Both the position numbers and the translations under genes were made by a program. Source: Rickettsiales bacterium (GTDB lineage Bacteria > Pseudomonadota > Alphaproteobacteria > Rickettsiales > UBA3002). Taken from it: DNA of 64,000 nt. Below the pieces are notes generated by a model that was given only the letters and a program-made list of their open reading frames with translations, was not told the DNA's origin and did no database searches. The stretch spans positions 288,856 to 352,855 of the forward strand of contig CBDFGU010000009.1 in assembly GCA_965247335.1 (NCBI GenBank), written 5' to 3'. Position 1 is the stretch's first letter. Every line of letters starts with the position of its first letter. Below, in pieces: positions 46,419 to 61,403 of the stretch.

Positions 46419-47632
46419 ATGTTCCTTCCCGCGAATATAACGCTTAAATTCGGTGATTCCGGCGATTTCGTCAGTGAATTGCAACGTCGCCTTAAAACTG
46501 TGCATTGTTTCAGCGGTGATTCGAGCGGTTTTTATGATGGCGTCACCGCAGCGGGTGTCACCCAGTTCCAGACCATGTCGGGTATCCGGGCAGACGGGAT
46601 TGCCGGTCCTGAAACATTGCGCCGCCTGAATGTTGTCATCTCCGGCGATACCAGCACGACCAATCACGATGAGGAACAGAACCGCCTGCGGCAGGAGGAG
46701 ATGCAGCGCCAGCTGATCCAGCAGGAAGCACAAGCGCGCGAGTTCCAGCACGAGCAGGAGCGTCTCGCCAACGAGCAATTGGCAGCAGAACAAGCGCGCC
46801 AGACCGAACACTGGCAGCACGGACGGACGTCACAACAGCCCGAAATCCAATATGCGCAGGAGGCCGCCTATGCTCCCCAGCAGCAACCGCAGGAGGCCAA
46901 CCAGCAAGTGATTGGGGAACGTGCTCTTCAGAGATTGCAGATGGAGCATCAGCAGATCGCCCAATCCGCCCACACCCAACCGCACGAAGCCGTTGCCGCG
47001 CACCATGCGCCCGCTGTCGCGCCGCCACAGGTCGATGCACAGCTCGTGCAGCACACACCGCAATTGCAACCGCAACCGGCACAGGCTATTCCCGTGCATC
47101 AGCCCCAACAGCAGTTGCCAGTGCAAGTCCTTACGCCGCAAACTGCTCCTGCAGTCGGCGCACAGGCAGCCGTACCTACTAATGACCAGCATCACCACGC
47201 CGCTCCCGCGGTTGCAACAACCGCACATCTAGCAACGGCCACAGCACCCCACGCACCTGCGATTGCCGCAGCAACGCATACACCACATATACCGGTTGTG
47301 GCCGCCCCCGCACCCGCCGTGACGGCGATAGTTGCTGCGTCTTCAGCAGCTGCAATCGCGGCCACGCCATCGCGCGAACCAGTCGCAGAACCTGTCATTG
47401 CGCCCAAAGGCATCGTCGGCCGGGCCGTGCAATATGCGAACGACATGGTGCAGAAACTTTCGAACTATTTCGAGAGCAAATTGCCCTCGCCCGTGATCGA
47501 CCAGGTGAAAGAGATCGGCCTGAATATGGCCAAGAATGGGGTACGCGAGGCCGCTATCCCGATGGGTCCGGCGGAGCCGCAGCGCGGCCAGGAATTACCC
47601 GCCCGTACCGCACAACCACAGCAGGCACGCGG

Positions 47633-47636
<4 letters not shown>
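46419..47636 (+). CDS. Peptidoglycan-binding domain protein, Gln/Ala/Pro/His-rich
   Basis: LKFGDSGDFVSELQRRL...FQ..SGIRADGIAGPET domain at the N-terminus; no signal peptide visible. Confidence 0.8.
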
Positions 47637-52210
<4,574 letters not shown>

Positions 52211-52217
52211 GCGCGAC

Positions 52218-53048
52218 CTATATCAGTTTCAGGTATTTATCGAACGTACTTTTCTTTTCTTCCGGCGTCATATTGCCCTGAAGCATTTCATAGCTGTATT
52301 TGTACCAGTCCGACCCCGGATAGTTGTAGCCCAGAACCGCAGCATATTTTTTGGCTTCCGGCACGATGCCGAGCCGCAGATAGCACTCGACGAGACGATG
52401 CAACGCTTCGGGCGTATGGCTCGTCGTCTGATAATTATCGATGACATATTTGAAGCGGTTCACCGCCGCCGAATAATCAAGGCGCTTGAGGTAATAGCGA
52501 CCAATCTCCATTTCCTTACCGGCGAGGTGGTCCTCAGTCAGCTCGTATTTCAACTGGGCATCCTTGGCATAATCCGAATCCGGGAAACGTTCGATCACAT
52601 CTTTCAGTGCGCCACGCGCTTTTTCACTCATCTTCTGGTCACGGCCTACATCAGAAATCTGCGTGTAGTAGCACAGCGCTGTCAGATAATAGGCATACGG
52701 CGTGCTGGGATGCGTCGGATGCAGCTTCACGAAACGGTCGAGAATGACGATCGCATCATCGAACTGGCCGCCAAGATAGGCAGAATAGGCCGCCATAATC
52801 TGCGCCCGCGCCGCCCATTCTGAATAGGGATGCTGACGCTCCACTTCCTCGAACTGCTCGGTCGCGACCTTGTAATTATGGCCTTGGAAGGTCGTTTCCG
52901 CCTTATCGTAAAGCGTATCGACCGGTTCATTCTTCGCCGCGATTTTATCAGGATCGTCCTCCGGATCGCCACACGCGGTAAGCATGAGGCAGGCAACCAG
53001 CGCAAGGGCCGATATGTGGAGAAAAAATCCTTGTTTACGGTGTTCCAT
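52218..53048 (-). CDS. bamD: Outer membrane protein assembly lipoprotein BamD
   Basis: Lipobox LTAC, HPYSEWA, RDQ and LAGKEMEIGRYY; lpxC-bamD-recN synteny. Confidence 0.95.
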   Translation of the reverse strand: MEHRKQGFFLHISALALVACLMLTACGDPEDDPDKIAAKNEPVDTLYDKAETTFQGHNYKVATEQFEEVERQHPYSEWAARAQIMAAYSAYLGGQFDDAIVILDRFVKLHPTHPSTPYAYYLTALCYYTQISDVGRDQKMSEKARGALKDVIERFPDSDYAKDAQLKYELTEDHLAGKEMEIGRYYLKRLDYSAAVNRFKYVIDNYQTTSHTPEALHRLVECYLRLGIVPEAKKYAAVLGYNYPGSDWYKYSYEMLQGNMTPEEKKSTFDKYLKLI

Positions 53049-53108
53049 GCGTCACTTATAGCAGTGCTGCATTCGCGTGCAACAAGCCGATGGTCAGGAA
53101 ATAGAGCT

Positions 53109-53582
53109 ATGAACAGGAAAAAGACATCGCCTGTAATTAAACTTCGCGAACTGACCAAGAGTGAAATCCCACGTATTTTTCCATTGATCAAATTGCACAA
53201 TCCAAAACTGAGCAAAGCCCTGTTCACTCGACGTCTTGAGGATATGATTCCTTACGGTTACCGCGCGATGGCGGCGTTCGATGGCAAGCGCATGATTGCT
53301 ATCAGCGGTTTCTGGATCCACTCGCGCTTCTGGTGCGGGCGCCACCTTGATATCGATAATTTCTTCGTCCACCCGGGCTATCGCGGCGCGAGCCTTGGTG
53401 CGCAACTGGTCGCCTGGCTTGAAGCCAAAGCGCTGGCGGAAAAATGCGACCTAATGGTGCTTGATACCTATGCCGACAAATTCCTAACCCACCGTTTTTA
53501 TCACCGTGAAGGATTCGCAGCGACGGGCTACCATTTTACCAAGGTGCCAGGCAGTAGAATACCATGGGGTATGAACGAGTAA
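53109..53582 (+). CDS. GNAT family N-acetyltransferase
   Basis: IDNFFVHPGYRGASLG and HRFYHREGF motifs. Confidence 0.85.
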   Translation: MNRKKTSPVIKLRELTKSEIPRIFPLIKLHNPKLSKALFTRRLEDMIPYGYRAMAAFDGKRMIAISGFWIHSRFWCGRHLDIDNFFVHPGYRGASLGAQLVAWLEAKALAEKCDLMVLDTYADKFLTHRFYHREGFAATGYHFTKVPGSRIPWGMNE

Positions 53583-53604
53583 GCGGGCGAAGCTAAAGCA
53601 ACGC

Positions 53605-54558
53605 TTACGCGTCGATGCGCGTTTCCATCATTGGGCGTTCGACCTGCATCGTCACATCGGCTTCGTCTCCACCGACCATACGGTAGTTACTCGAATCCGC
53701 AAACAATGCACGCAGCAGTTTATTGTTGATGCCATGGCCGGGACGGCTGGTCACCACCTCACCCCGCAGCATGGCACCGGCAAGGAAATAATCACCGATA
53801 CAGTCAAGTGCTTTGTGACGCACGAATTCATCCGTGTAACGCAATCCGCCTTCGTTCAGCACATCATGCTCGCCAACGACAATCGCATTGTGTAACGACC
53901 CACCAAGGGCAAGGCCCATGCTCCGCATTTTCTCGACATCGCGCTCGAAACAGAAGGTGCGCGCGCGCGCCAGCGATTGCTTGAACGTGGTTTCCGAAAA
54001 ATCATATTGCGCTTTTTGCGTTTCGATCAGCGAGTTGTTGAACGCAATTTCGATCTCAAGAGTAAAGTTATCGCTTGGGCGGATAACCGCTACCGATTGA
54101 CCCTCTTCCACCCGCACTTCTTTCAGTACGCGGATCATGCGGCGACGCGCCCGCTGCTGCACGCGGCCAGCGCATTCGAGCAGGAAAGTGAAGGGTTCAG
54201 ATGAACCGTCCATGATCGGCACTTCCGGCCCGTCAAGTTCAATCCGTGCATTATCGATACCCGCCCCCCAGATGGCTGCCATTAAATGTTCGATGGTCGA
54301 CACGGTAACACCGTGTTTATTGGCGATGGTGGTACCGAGCGTCGTCTCAGCCACCGCATCGAAAATTGCCGGCACGATGTTGTTTGCACTATCGATATCC
54401 TTGCGCACGAAAACAATACCTGTATTCGGTGCGGCCGGGCGGACGATCATATTGACCATATCGCCGCTATGCAGCGAAACACCGACGCAGCTTACTTCCG
54501 CTGCAACCGTATGCTGGCAATCGAGTTCGTCATCGCTAGTATCGTGAGAGAATATCAT
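53605..54558 (-). CDS. lpxC: UDP-3-O-acyl-GlcNAc deacetylase
   Basis: GVSLHSG, TIEHLMAA, EVPIMDGSS and HKALDCIGD motifs. Confidence 0.97.
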   Translation of the reverse strand: MIFSHDTSDDELDCQHTVAAEVSCVGVSLHSGDMVNMIVRPAAPNTGIVFVRKDIDSANNIVPAIFDAVAETTLGTTIANKHGVTVSTIEHLMAAIWGAGIDNARIELDGPEVPIMDGSSEPFTFLLECAGRVQQRARRRMIRVLKEVRVEEGQSVAVIRPSDNFTLEIEIAFNNSLIETQKAQYDFSETTFKQSLARARTFCFERDVEKMRSMGLALGGSLHNAIVVGEHDVLNEGGLRYTDEFVRHKALDCIGDYFLAGAMLRGEVVTSRPGHGINNKLLRALFADSSNYRMVGGDEADVTMQVERPMMETRIDA

Positions 54559-54633
54559 GTGGAGTGCACCTTATTGTTATTTTTGTCGTGAGGGCACCAT
54601 GCTGGATTTGTGCATCGCATTCAATTCACGCTT

Positions 54634-54650
54634 TGTAACCGATTGTTACA
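54634..54650. promoter_or_regulatory. Palindromic operator-like site upstream of lpxC
   Basis: TGTAAC-CGATT-GTTACA. Confidence 0.5.
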
Positions 54651-54797
54651 GGGCAAAACCAAGCATAATCTAATGGTTGGCTGTATTCGACGTGAGCAAC
54701 ATATATGCGCATAATCGATCATGCATCATGCGCACGATTTGACTATACCAGCAAAACAGACCAAAAAATTTATCAGCAGGAAGACCGCTAACGAACG

Positions 54798-56471
54798 CTA
54801 GTTCGCCTGACGACGCAAGAACGCCGGGATATCGTAGAACTCATCCTCGTCGGCGGCTTGGGGGCTGCTTTCGCGCACTTCCGGCTTACGCTCAGTTGGT
54901 GCCGCAGCACTGGCCGCCATGCGCGGATTCAGCGGACGGCTACTGCCACCCGTGAAGCTTTTGCCGACATTCGCCAGACGGTTAAAGAGGCTTTTGGTGC
55001 TGCCTTCCTCTTCCGCTTCCTCAAATTCCGGCGATTGGTTACCGAACAGCGTGCGCTGCTGCGGTACTTCCGCCCGGGGGCTGATGAAAAGCGGGCCAGC
55101 TTCGGTCTGTTGAACCGGAGTCGAAGCTGCGGGACGAGCGGCACTCGCGGCGATACGCATGGCATTTTCAAGCTGCGCGGATTGCGCAGCAACTGCGGCT
55201 TGCTGGTGTGCGTAGAGGCGGTCCTCTTCCTGCTGCACGGTTTCGTCGATGACGCGAATCACCGGCTGTGGCGCCGCAATCTGCTGAAGGATCGCCGGGC
55301 GGACTGCCGCGGTACGCGCTGCTTCAGTTACTGTCGACGTGCCGGACTGGCGGACGATCTCTGCCGCCGTACGCTCACGCGGTGCGCCGATCATGGTGGT
55401 TTCCTTGCGTGACGCTGGAATCGGTGCGCCGCCGAACGGTTTGCGAGCAGCCTGGGCCGATGCGCTGGTCACGTCTTGCATGGGCGGAACGATGCGGTTC
55501 TGCTCAGCATCGATCCCGGTCGCGACAACCGAGACGCGCATTTTGCCTTCCATCGAATCGCTGAAGGTCGATCCGAAGATGATATTCGCTTCCGGATCCA
55601 CTTCATCGCGGATGCGGTTCATTGCTTCGTCCACTTCAAACAGCGACAGGTCGGCGCCGCCGGTGATGTTGACAAGTACGGCACGCGCACCTTTGAGCGA
55701 CACATCGTCGAGCAGCGGATTGCTGATCGCCGCTTCGGCCGCCTGCAGCGCACGCTGGTCGCCGGTCGCTTCGCCGGTGCCCATCATCGCCTTGCCCATT
55801 TCGCCCATTACGGCGCGGATATCTGCGAAGTCGAGATTAACGAGGCCGGGTTTAACGATGAGATCCGTCACGCCACGCACACCCGAATGCAGTACTTCAT
55901 CCGCCAGACGGAACGCCTCGGCCCAGCCAGTTTTTTCGTTAGCGATGCGGAACAGGTTCTGGTTCGGCACGACGATGAGGGTATCGACATATTGTTGCAG
56001 TTCACGGATGCCCGCTTCTGCGAGGCGCATGCGATGCGGGCCTTCGAACGAAAACGGTTTGGTGACGACACCCACGGTGAGGATGCCTTGTTCCTTGGCC
56101 AGGCGCGCAATGACGGGTGCCGCACCGGTGCCGGTGCCGCCACCCATACCGGCGGTGATGAAGAGCATGTTGCTGCCATGGATGGCATCGGCGATCTCGT
56201 CCGCCGCTTCTTCCGCGGCGGAGAACCCGACCGGCGGTTTTGCCCCGGCGCCAAGGCCGCGCGTGACTGTCAGGCCCAGTTGAATGATGCGATCCGTTTG
56301 CGCCGATTCAAGCGCCTGCGCATCCGTATTTGCGATGACGAAATCAACCCCCTCGAGATTCGAGGTAATCATGTTGTTGACCGCATTGCCGCCTGCACCG
56401 CCGACGCCGATCACCGTGATCTTCGGGCGCAGCGTATCGATATGGGATGGAAGGTGCAGGTTTATGGTCAT
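54798..56471 (-). CDS. ftsZ: Cell division protein FtsZ (557 aa, long C-terminal linker)
   Basis: [24 protein letters not shown] and [11 protein letters not shown] motifs. Confidence 0.98.
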   Translation of the reverse strand: MTINLHLPSHIDTLRPKITVIGVGGAGGNAVNNMITSNLEGVDFVIANTDAQALESAQTDRIIQLGLTVTRGLGAGAKPPVGFSAAEEAADEIADAIHGSNMLFITAGMGGGTGTGAAPVIARLAKEQGILTVGVVTKPFSFEGPHRMRLAEAGIRELQQYVDTLIVVPNQNLFRIANEKTGWAEAFRLADEVLHSGVRGVTDLIVKPGLVNLDFADIRAVMGEMGKAMMGTGEATGDQRALQAAEAAISNPLLDDVSLKGARAVLVNITGGADLSLFEVDEAMNRIRDEVDPEANIIFGSTFSDSMEGKMRVSVVATGIDAEQNRIVPPMQDVTSASAQAARKPFGGAPIPASRKETTMIGAPRERTAAEIVRQSGTSTVTEAARTAAVRPAILQQIAAPQPVIRVIDETVQQEEDRLYAHQQAAVAAQSAQLENAMRIAASAARPAASTPVQQTEAGPLFISPRAEVPQQRTLFGNQSPEFEEAEEEGSTKSLFNRLANVGKSFTGGSSRPLNPRMAASAAAPTERKPEVRESSPQAADEDEFYDIPAFLRRQAN

Positions 56472-56683
56472 AGTTCCTCCTGATCCGCGTCCAAGCGCGG
56501 GGCATTGCGTTTTAAAATACTTGCACTTGCCGGAGTTTATTGCGGTTGCCCGCTGTTTTTTGCCACTATATGGAGTGGTTTGGGGGATGTAAAGCGCAAG
56601 TTCAAAAAATTTGGGGCTGTGAGTTGTGTAAAACAAGCGCTTCTAATGACTGTTCAGTAAATGGACAAATCATATAATGATCA

Positions 56684-57271
56684 TCAAAAAACTACACGAT
56701 AATAGTCACCAGTAATTTTTTCTACGGATGCTCTCTTAAGACCTGCTATTGTGAAAACGACGTTACTATCGTATTTGCGGTAATGATGAAGAACGTCTTC
56801 CCGAAATTTCTTTTGCACATCTGAATCCCAATTCGTCGTATCGTATATAATGACGCCATAATGCGTATTACCCATTCCTGTAGATATTTGTTTAAACTGG
56901 CAGACGGCAAAAACAGTATGGTCTTCAAGGTAAATGCCATTTTTTGCACAATTCGACATTATCGGATCAAAGTGAACTCTTAGTTTTAATCCCACATGGG
57001 TTAAGGGGCGCTCCAAACAAGCAAGCCCAATCCATAAAATCATACACGCTATTGTGAAGAATAATTTTTTCTTCCAAACGTCGGAACCACTAACGACCGC
57101 CTTAGCTAAAGCATAAATAAAATACGGTATGCCAATTAAAATGTAAAAAGCTAAACCATTGGTATCGTCATAACTATTCTGAAGAAGTACCCACCAAAAA
57201 TACAACGCTATGATTAAAAAAGAGATAACTGAATACGTCAAATAAGATCGACCTTTATCAAGCTCAGTCAC
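56684..57271 (-). CDS. Low-GC orphan membrane protein between ftsA and ftsZ
   Basis: 195 aa with three hydrophobic segments and a soluble C-terminal domain. Two sampled 60-nt lines are 30% and 37% GC. GTG start abuts the ftsA stop. Confidence 0.75.
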   Translation of the reverse strand: MTELDKGRSYLTYSVISFLIIALYFWWVLLQNSYDDTNGLAFYILIGIPYFIYALAKAVVSGSDVWKKKLFFTIACMILWIGLACLERPLTHVGLKLRVHFDPIMSNCAKNGIYLEDHTVFAVCQFKQISTGMGNTHYGVIIYDTTNWDSDVQKKFREDVLHHYRKYDSNVVFTIAGLKRASVEKITGDYYRVVF

Positions 57272-58528
57272 CTAAAAATTCTCCCGGAACCACTTCACGA
57301 TACGTTCCGGCATCCAGCCTTTACGGGCCTGCGCGGCGTTGAGGATTTCCTCTTCCCAGGGCCGGTTACGCATGTAATGCAGCATGCCGATGACGCTGGC
57401 GAAGGCTGGCCCGGAGACCGCTTCAGCCAGGCCGGTGATGGCAGCGGGCTTGCCTTTGCGCACCTGTTTGCCGAGCATGCGTTCGGCGAGATCGCTCACC
57501 GCGATCATCTGGCTTGCGCCACCCGTGATGACGCAACGGCGACCGGCGATCTTATCCACCCCACTCGCTTCCAGCTTGCCGCGAATGAGTTCGAAAATCT
57601 CTTCCATCCGCGGACGGATGACGCCGACCAGCATCGCACGTGGCATGGTCGTCGGTTCGTCCTCTTCGTCACGCTCGCCCAGCTGCGGCACGTCGATCAT
57701 GACCTCGGAGTCTTTAACGGAGTTCACCGCACTGCCGTGCAAGGTTTTCAGGCGTTCAGCATGATGCAACGAGCAGGACAGGCCTTGCGCGATATCACTG
57801 GTTACATGGTTGCCGCCGACGGGAATGCAATCGGAATAGACATTGCGGCCACCGACGAAGACGGCAAAACTTGTGGTGCCGCCGCCCATGTCGATCAGCG
57901 TGACGCCAAGGTCCATTTCATCTTTTTCCAGCACGGAAAGGGCGCTGGCGTGGCAGGCCATTACATGATCGGAAATGTTCAAGTGTGCGCGGCCGATGCA
58001 TTGCGCGACGTTCTTCAGGTACTGCTCACGGGCGGTGATGATCTGCAGATCCGCACCGAGTTTTTTACCGATCATGCCGCGTGGATCCTTTAAGCCGCGT
58101 GAACCGTCCAGCGAATAATGCGATGGGAAACAATGCAGGATACCGACATCCTCGGCGCTCAAACTCGCGCAACCTTCATAGATCACATCCGCAATATCCT
58201 GATCGCTGACGCCGTCGGCCAGCACATCAAGCTCGACCGAGACGTGACGCGATTTCAAATTCGTGCCGTTGGCGCTGACGATGATGTTCTCGATCGTCAC
58301 GCCCGCCATCTGCTCGGCCGCATGCACGGCGGCAGTGATCGAGGTACTCGCCTCGCCGATGTCCGTAATGACGCCGGATTTGATACCTTTGGCGAGTTGG
58401 TGGCCGACCCCGGTGACCGCGAATTCCCCATCCTCCCCGGACGTGGCGATCAGGCAAACGATCTTCGTCGTGCCGATATCAAGCACGGCCGTCGCGCCAT
58501 TGCGGTTGGGAATCTGCTTAGTACTCAC
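57272..58528 (-). CDS. ftsA: Cell division protein FtsA
   Basis: LDIGTTKI, IDMGGGTT, AERLK and TGGASQ motifs; C-terminal amphipathic WFRENF. Confidence 0.97.
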   Translation of the reverse strand: MSTKQIPNRNGATAVLDIGTTKIVCLIATSGEDGEFAVTGVGHQLAKGIKSGVITDIGEASTSITAAVHAAEQMAGVTIENIIVSANGTNLKSRHVSVELDVLADGVSDQDIADVIYEGCASLSAEDVGILHCFPSHYSLDGSRGLKDPRGMIGKKLGADLQIITAREQYLKNVAQCIGRAHLNISDHVMACHASALSVLEKDEMDLGVTLIDMGGGTTSFAVFVGGRNVYSDCIPVGGNHVTSDIAQGLSCSLHHAERLKTLHGSAVNSVKDSEVMIDVPQLGERDEEDEPTTMPRAMLVGVIRPRMEEIFELIRGKLEASGVDKIAGRRCVITGGASQMIAVSDLAERMLGKQVRKGKPAAITGLAEAVSGPAFASVIGMLHYMRNRPWEEEILNAAQARKGWMPERIVKWFRENF

Positions 58529-58538
58529 TGTCGCTCCT

Positions 58539-59414
58539 TTATGTATCGCGTGCCGTCGTCAGGATGATCGGGTTTTTCTGTTCTTCCGCCGGCATGATGA
58601 ACACACGATCCTCGACCCGCATATCCACACTGCGAATGGATTTGCTGAGCAGTGCGTCCTTCTCGACTAGGCCAGCGAACCGCTTCCATGCCGCGCCGGC
58701 GTTTTCTTCCGGCAGCATCACCACCACACCATGCTCCAACTGCACATTCCATCGGCGATCACCCACCCGCACCGCTGCCACGACATCGGGCTTGATAGCG
58801 GGCGCGCTGTCAAGCAGCGCCAGCAGCTCACCCACATGTTTCGGCGCATCGGCTCCGACGATGACAGGCAACGTCAACTTCTCGTTGTATTTGCTGCGGG
58901 CGAGAACGACGCCCCCGGCATCGACCAGTTTTTGCGTGCCGTCCTGCTGCCACCAGGCGGCGGGCAGGCGCTCGGTGATTGAAACGACGAGTTCATCCGG
59001 TAACACCCGGGTGATGCTGGCGGACTTGACTTCAGGAATGGCTTCAAGGCGGGTTTTCATCTCGGCTAGTGATACGGCAAGGATCGGCGAGCCCTGCGAG
59101 ACGCCAAGCGCGCCTTTGATCGCACTGGAATCCGCATGTTTACGCCCGATAAGCGTGACCTGATCGACCCGGAAACCAAGCGCTGCCGTATGCTGCCAGA
59201 AGCTCTGGTTACTGTGCGTCATCGCTTCCTGCAGCTTACCCGTGTGCATCAGCCACCAGCCGCCGACGACACTGTAGGCCAGTACCGCAACACCGCCGCC
59301 CATCAGCACGCGTCGCTTTACCTGCGCGCGACGCTGCTTGGCTTTTTTCTTGCCAAACTCCGCCACGGCTTGCGCGCGCGTCATCGGTTTTTTCACTCGG
59401 GCGCGACTAGCCAT
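58539..59414 (-). CDS. ftsQ: Cell division protein FtsQ
   Basis: Basic N-terminus, single TM, POTRA region (ITERLP), RRW and DMR motifs. Confidence 0.92.
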   Translation of the reverse strand: MASRARVKKPMTRAQAVAEFGKKKAKQRRAQVKRRVLMGGGVAVLAYSVVGGWWLMHTGKLQEAMTHSNQSFWQHTAALGFRVDQVTLIGRKHADSSAIKGALGVSQGSPILAVSLAEMKTRLEAIPEVKSASITRVLPDELVVSITERLPAAWWQQDGTQKLVDAGGVVLARSKYNEKLTLPVIVGADAPKHVGELLALLDSAPAIKPDVVAAVRVGDRRWNVQLEHGVVVMLPEENAGAAWKRFAGLVEKDALLSKSIRSVDMRVEDRVFIMPAEEQKNPIILTTARDT

Positions 59415-60306
59415 CGAGCCTCGCGGTCTTGAGGATGCGAGCAACGAGGGCGTTGAAATCCATGCCCGCATGGGCCGCCTGTTCGGGCGATAATGACATC
59501 GGCGTCATCCCCGGTTGCGTATTCGTTTCAAGGATATAGATTTTGCCGTCGCCCTGTTCGTCCCAGCGGAAATCCGAGCGCGTGAGGGATCGGCAACCAA
59601 GCGCCCAATGCGCGGCGAGCGACATATGCATCACTTCATCGTAAATCTTCTGCGGCAATTGCGCCGGGCAGATGTGGATGCTGCCACCATCGGTATATTT
59701 ATTGTCGTAATCGTAGAAGCCGGATTTGGTGGTGATTTCCGTGACCCCAAGCGGCTGGTCGTCGAGAATAGCACAGGTGAGCTCGCGGCCGGGGATATAT
59801 TGTTCAACCAGCACCGTTTCGCCGTACGGCCAGATCTCCTTGGTGAAAAAGAAATTGTCGTTAGCGAACACCAGCTTGACGCCGACACTTGAGCCTTCGT
59901 TGGAAGGTTTGACAACGTAGGGACGCGGCATCACATCCTTGCCGATGACCTCATCTTTATGGGCGGTGATGCCTCTCGCCACCCGGATGCCAGCCGACGC
60001 GAATACAACTTTCGCCATCGGCTTATCCATCGCGATGGCCGAGGCCATGACGCCAGAATGCGTGTAGGGAATTTTCAGAATTTCGAGCACGCCCTGTACG
60101 CAGCCATCTTCGCCGAAGCGGCCATGCAGCGCATTGAATACCACATCCGGTTTCACTTTATGCAGATCCTCCGCGAGATGCGCTGTGACATCGATGGCCG
60201 TCACCGTATGGCCGAGCGCCACCAACGCCTTCTCGACCGCGGCACCGCTGGTGAGGGAGACTTCACGCTCGGCGGATAATCCACCTTTTAAAACGGCAAC
60301 ATGCAT
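59407..60306 (-). CDS. ddl: D-alanine--D-alanine ligase
   Basis: GGLSAEREVSL, LHGRFGEDG and LETNTQPGMT motifs. Confidence 0.97.
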   Translation of the reverse strand: MHVAVLKGGLSAEREVSLTSGAAVEKALVALGHTVTAIDVTAHLAEDLHKVKPDVVFNALHGRFGEDGCVQGVLEILKIPYTHSGVMASAIAMDKPMAKVVFASAGIRVARGITAHKDEVIGKDVMPRPYVVKPSNEGSSVGVKLVFANDNFFFTKEIWPYGETVLVEQYIPGRELTCAILDDQPLGVTEITTKSGFYDYDNKYTDGGSIHICPAQLPQKIYDEVMHMSLAAHWALGCRSLTRSDFRWDEQGDGKIYILETNTQPGMTPMSLSPEQAAHAGMDFNALVARILKTARLDG

Positions 60307-60379
60307 AGGCGTGCATCATCCTTTGGAATGAAACAGTGGGTCTTCTTGCCGATTTTTGGATTTTTTTGTTGGGGAAAGA

Positions 60380-61309
60380 CTAGCGGAAGCTTGGGCCGGA
60401 TGCAACGACTATGGGGGGCTTGCCGACACGTTTGATTTCCCAGCGTAACTCAATGCCGGACTGAGCCTTCACGCGTGTACGCACTTCTTCGCCAAGGGCC
60501 TCAAGGTCGGTGGCGGTGGCGTTGCCGGTATTGATCATGAAATTACAATGAAGTTCTGAGATTTGCGCCCCGCCGAAGGTGAGCCCCCGACACCCGGCCC
60601 GGTCGATGAGTTCCCATGCCTTATGCCCTACCGGGTTGGCGAACGTGCTACCGCCGGTGCGCTCGCGGACAGGCTGGGTGGCTTCACGCTTGCTCTGGAT
60701 TTCGGTGATACGGGCTTCGATGGCTCCGGAGGCATCAACGGTGGTCGCAAACCAGCCGCGGGTGAAAATGAGTCCTTGTGGGCCGCCGTAGTGGCGGTAG
60801 CTGTAGTTCAGGTCAGCAAGGTCGAGAATGATAACGTCACCTTTTGGTGTCACTGCTTCGGCCTTGACGAGTACATCCTTCATCTCGCGGCCATAGGCAC
60901 CGGCGTTCATGGCGAGCGCACCGCCGACGGTGCCGGGAATACCGCTCATGAATTCGAGACCGGCGCGGCCCATGCCGGCGCTAATGCGCGCAAGGTTGAG
61001 GTCGAGCATCGCGGCCCCAGCAACAAGCACTGAGTCCTCTTCTCGTACTTCATTGAAGGCCCTGCCCAGACGGATAACGACACCATCTATCCCGCCGTCG
61101 CGCACGATGAGGTTGCTGCCGACGCCGATGATGGTAACGGGTAAATCCTTCGGCTTATGCTTGATGAACTGCGCGAGGTCGGCCGTATCCTTGGGCTTGA
61201 ACAGCACTTCCGCCGGGCCACCGACGCCAAACCAGTTGGTTTTGGCGAGCGGCGCAGCGAAGCGGTAGGAACCGCGAATTTCGGGAAGCTGGTATTGAGT
61301 ACCCGTCAT
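60380..61309 (-). CDS. murB: UDP-N-acetylmuramate dehydrogenase
   Basis: GVGSNL, PGTVGGALAMNAGAYG, GGSTFANP and HCNFMIN motifs. Confidence 0.97.
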   Translation of the reverse strand: MTGTQYQLPEIRGSYRFAAPLAKTNWFGVGGPAEVLFKPKDTADLAQFIKHKPKDLPVTIIGVGSNLIVRDGGIDGVVIRLGRAFNEVREEDSVLVAGAAMLDLNLARISAGMGRAGLEFMSGIPGTVGGALAMNAGAYGREMKDVLVKAEAVTPKGDVIILDLADLNYSYRHYGGPQGLIFTRGWFATTVDASGAIEARITEIQSKREATQPVRERTGGSTFANPVGHKAWELIDRAGCRGLTFGGAQISELHCNFMINTGNATATDLEALGEEVRTRVKAQSGIELRWEIKRVGKPPIVVASGPSFR

Positions 61310-61383
61310 TGCGAAGCCTTTTGGCTGCGGCAATCCATGTTAATTTTAATGAGTTGAATTGCTTCGCTTTGCTCGCAATCACG
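61304..61383. repeat. CGTC-type palindromic element overlapping the murB start
   Basis: CGTCATTGCGAAGCC..GGCTGCGGCAATCC ... ATTGCTTCGCTTTGCTCGCAATCACG. Confidence 0.78.
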
Positions 61384-61403
61384 TTGTAGCGAGACTACCA
61401 TTA

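Noticed and set aside
54798-55500. Long FtsZ C-terminal linker, and the muramidase-less FlgJ elsewhere in the window
   Set aside because: Both are normal for alphaproteobacteria.
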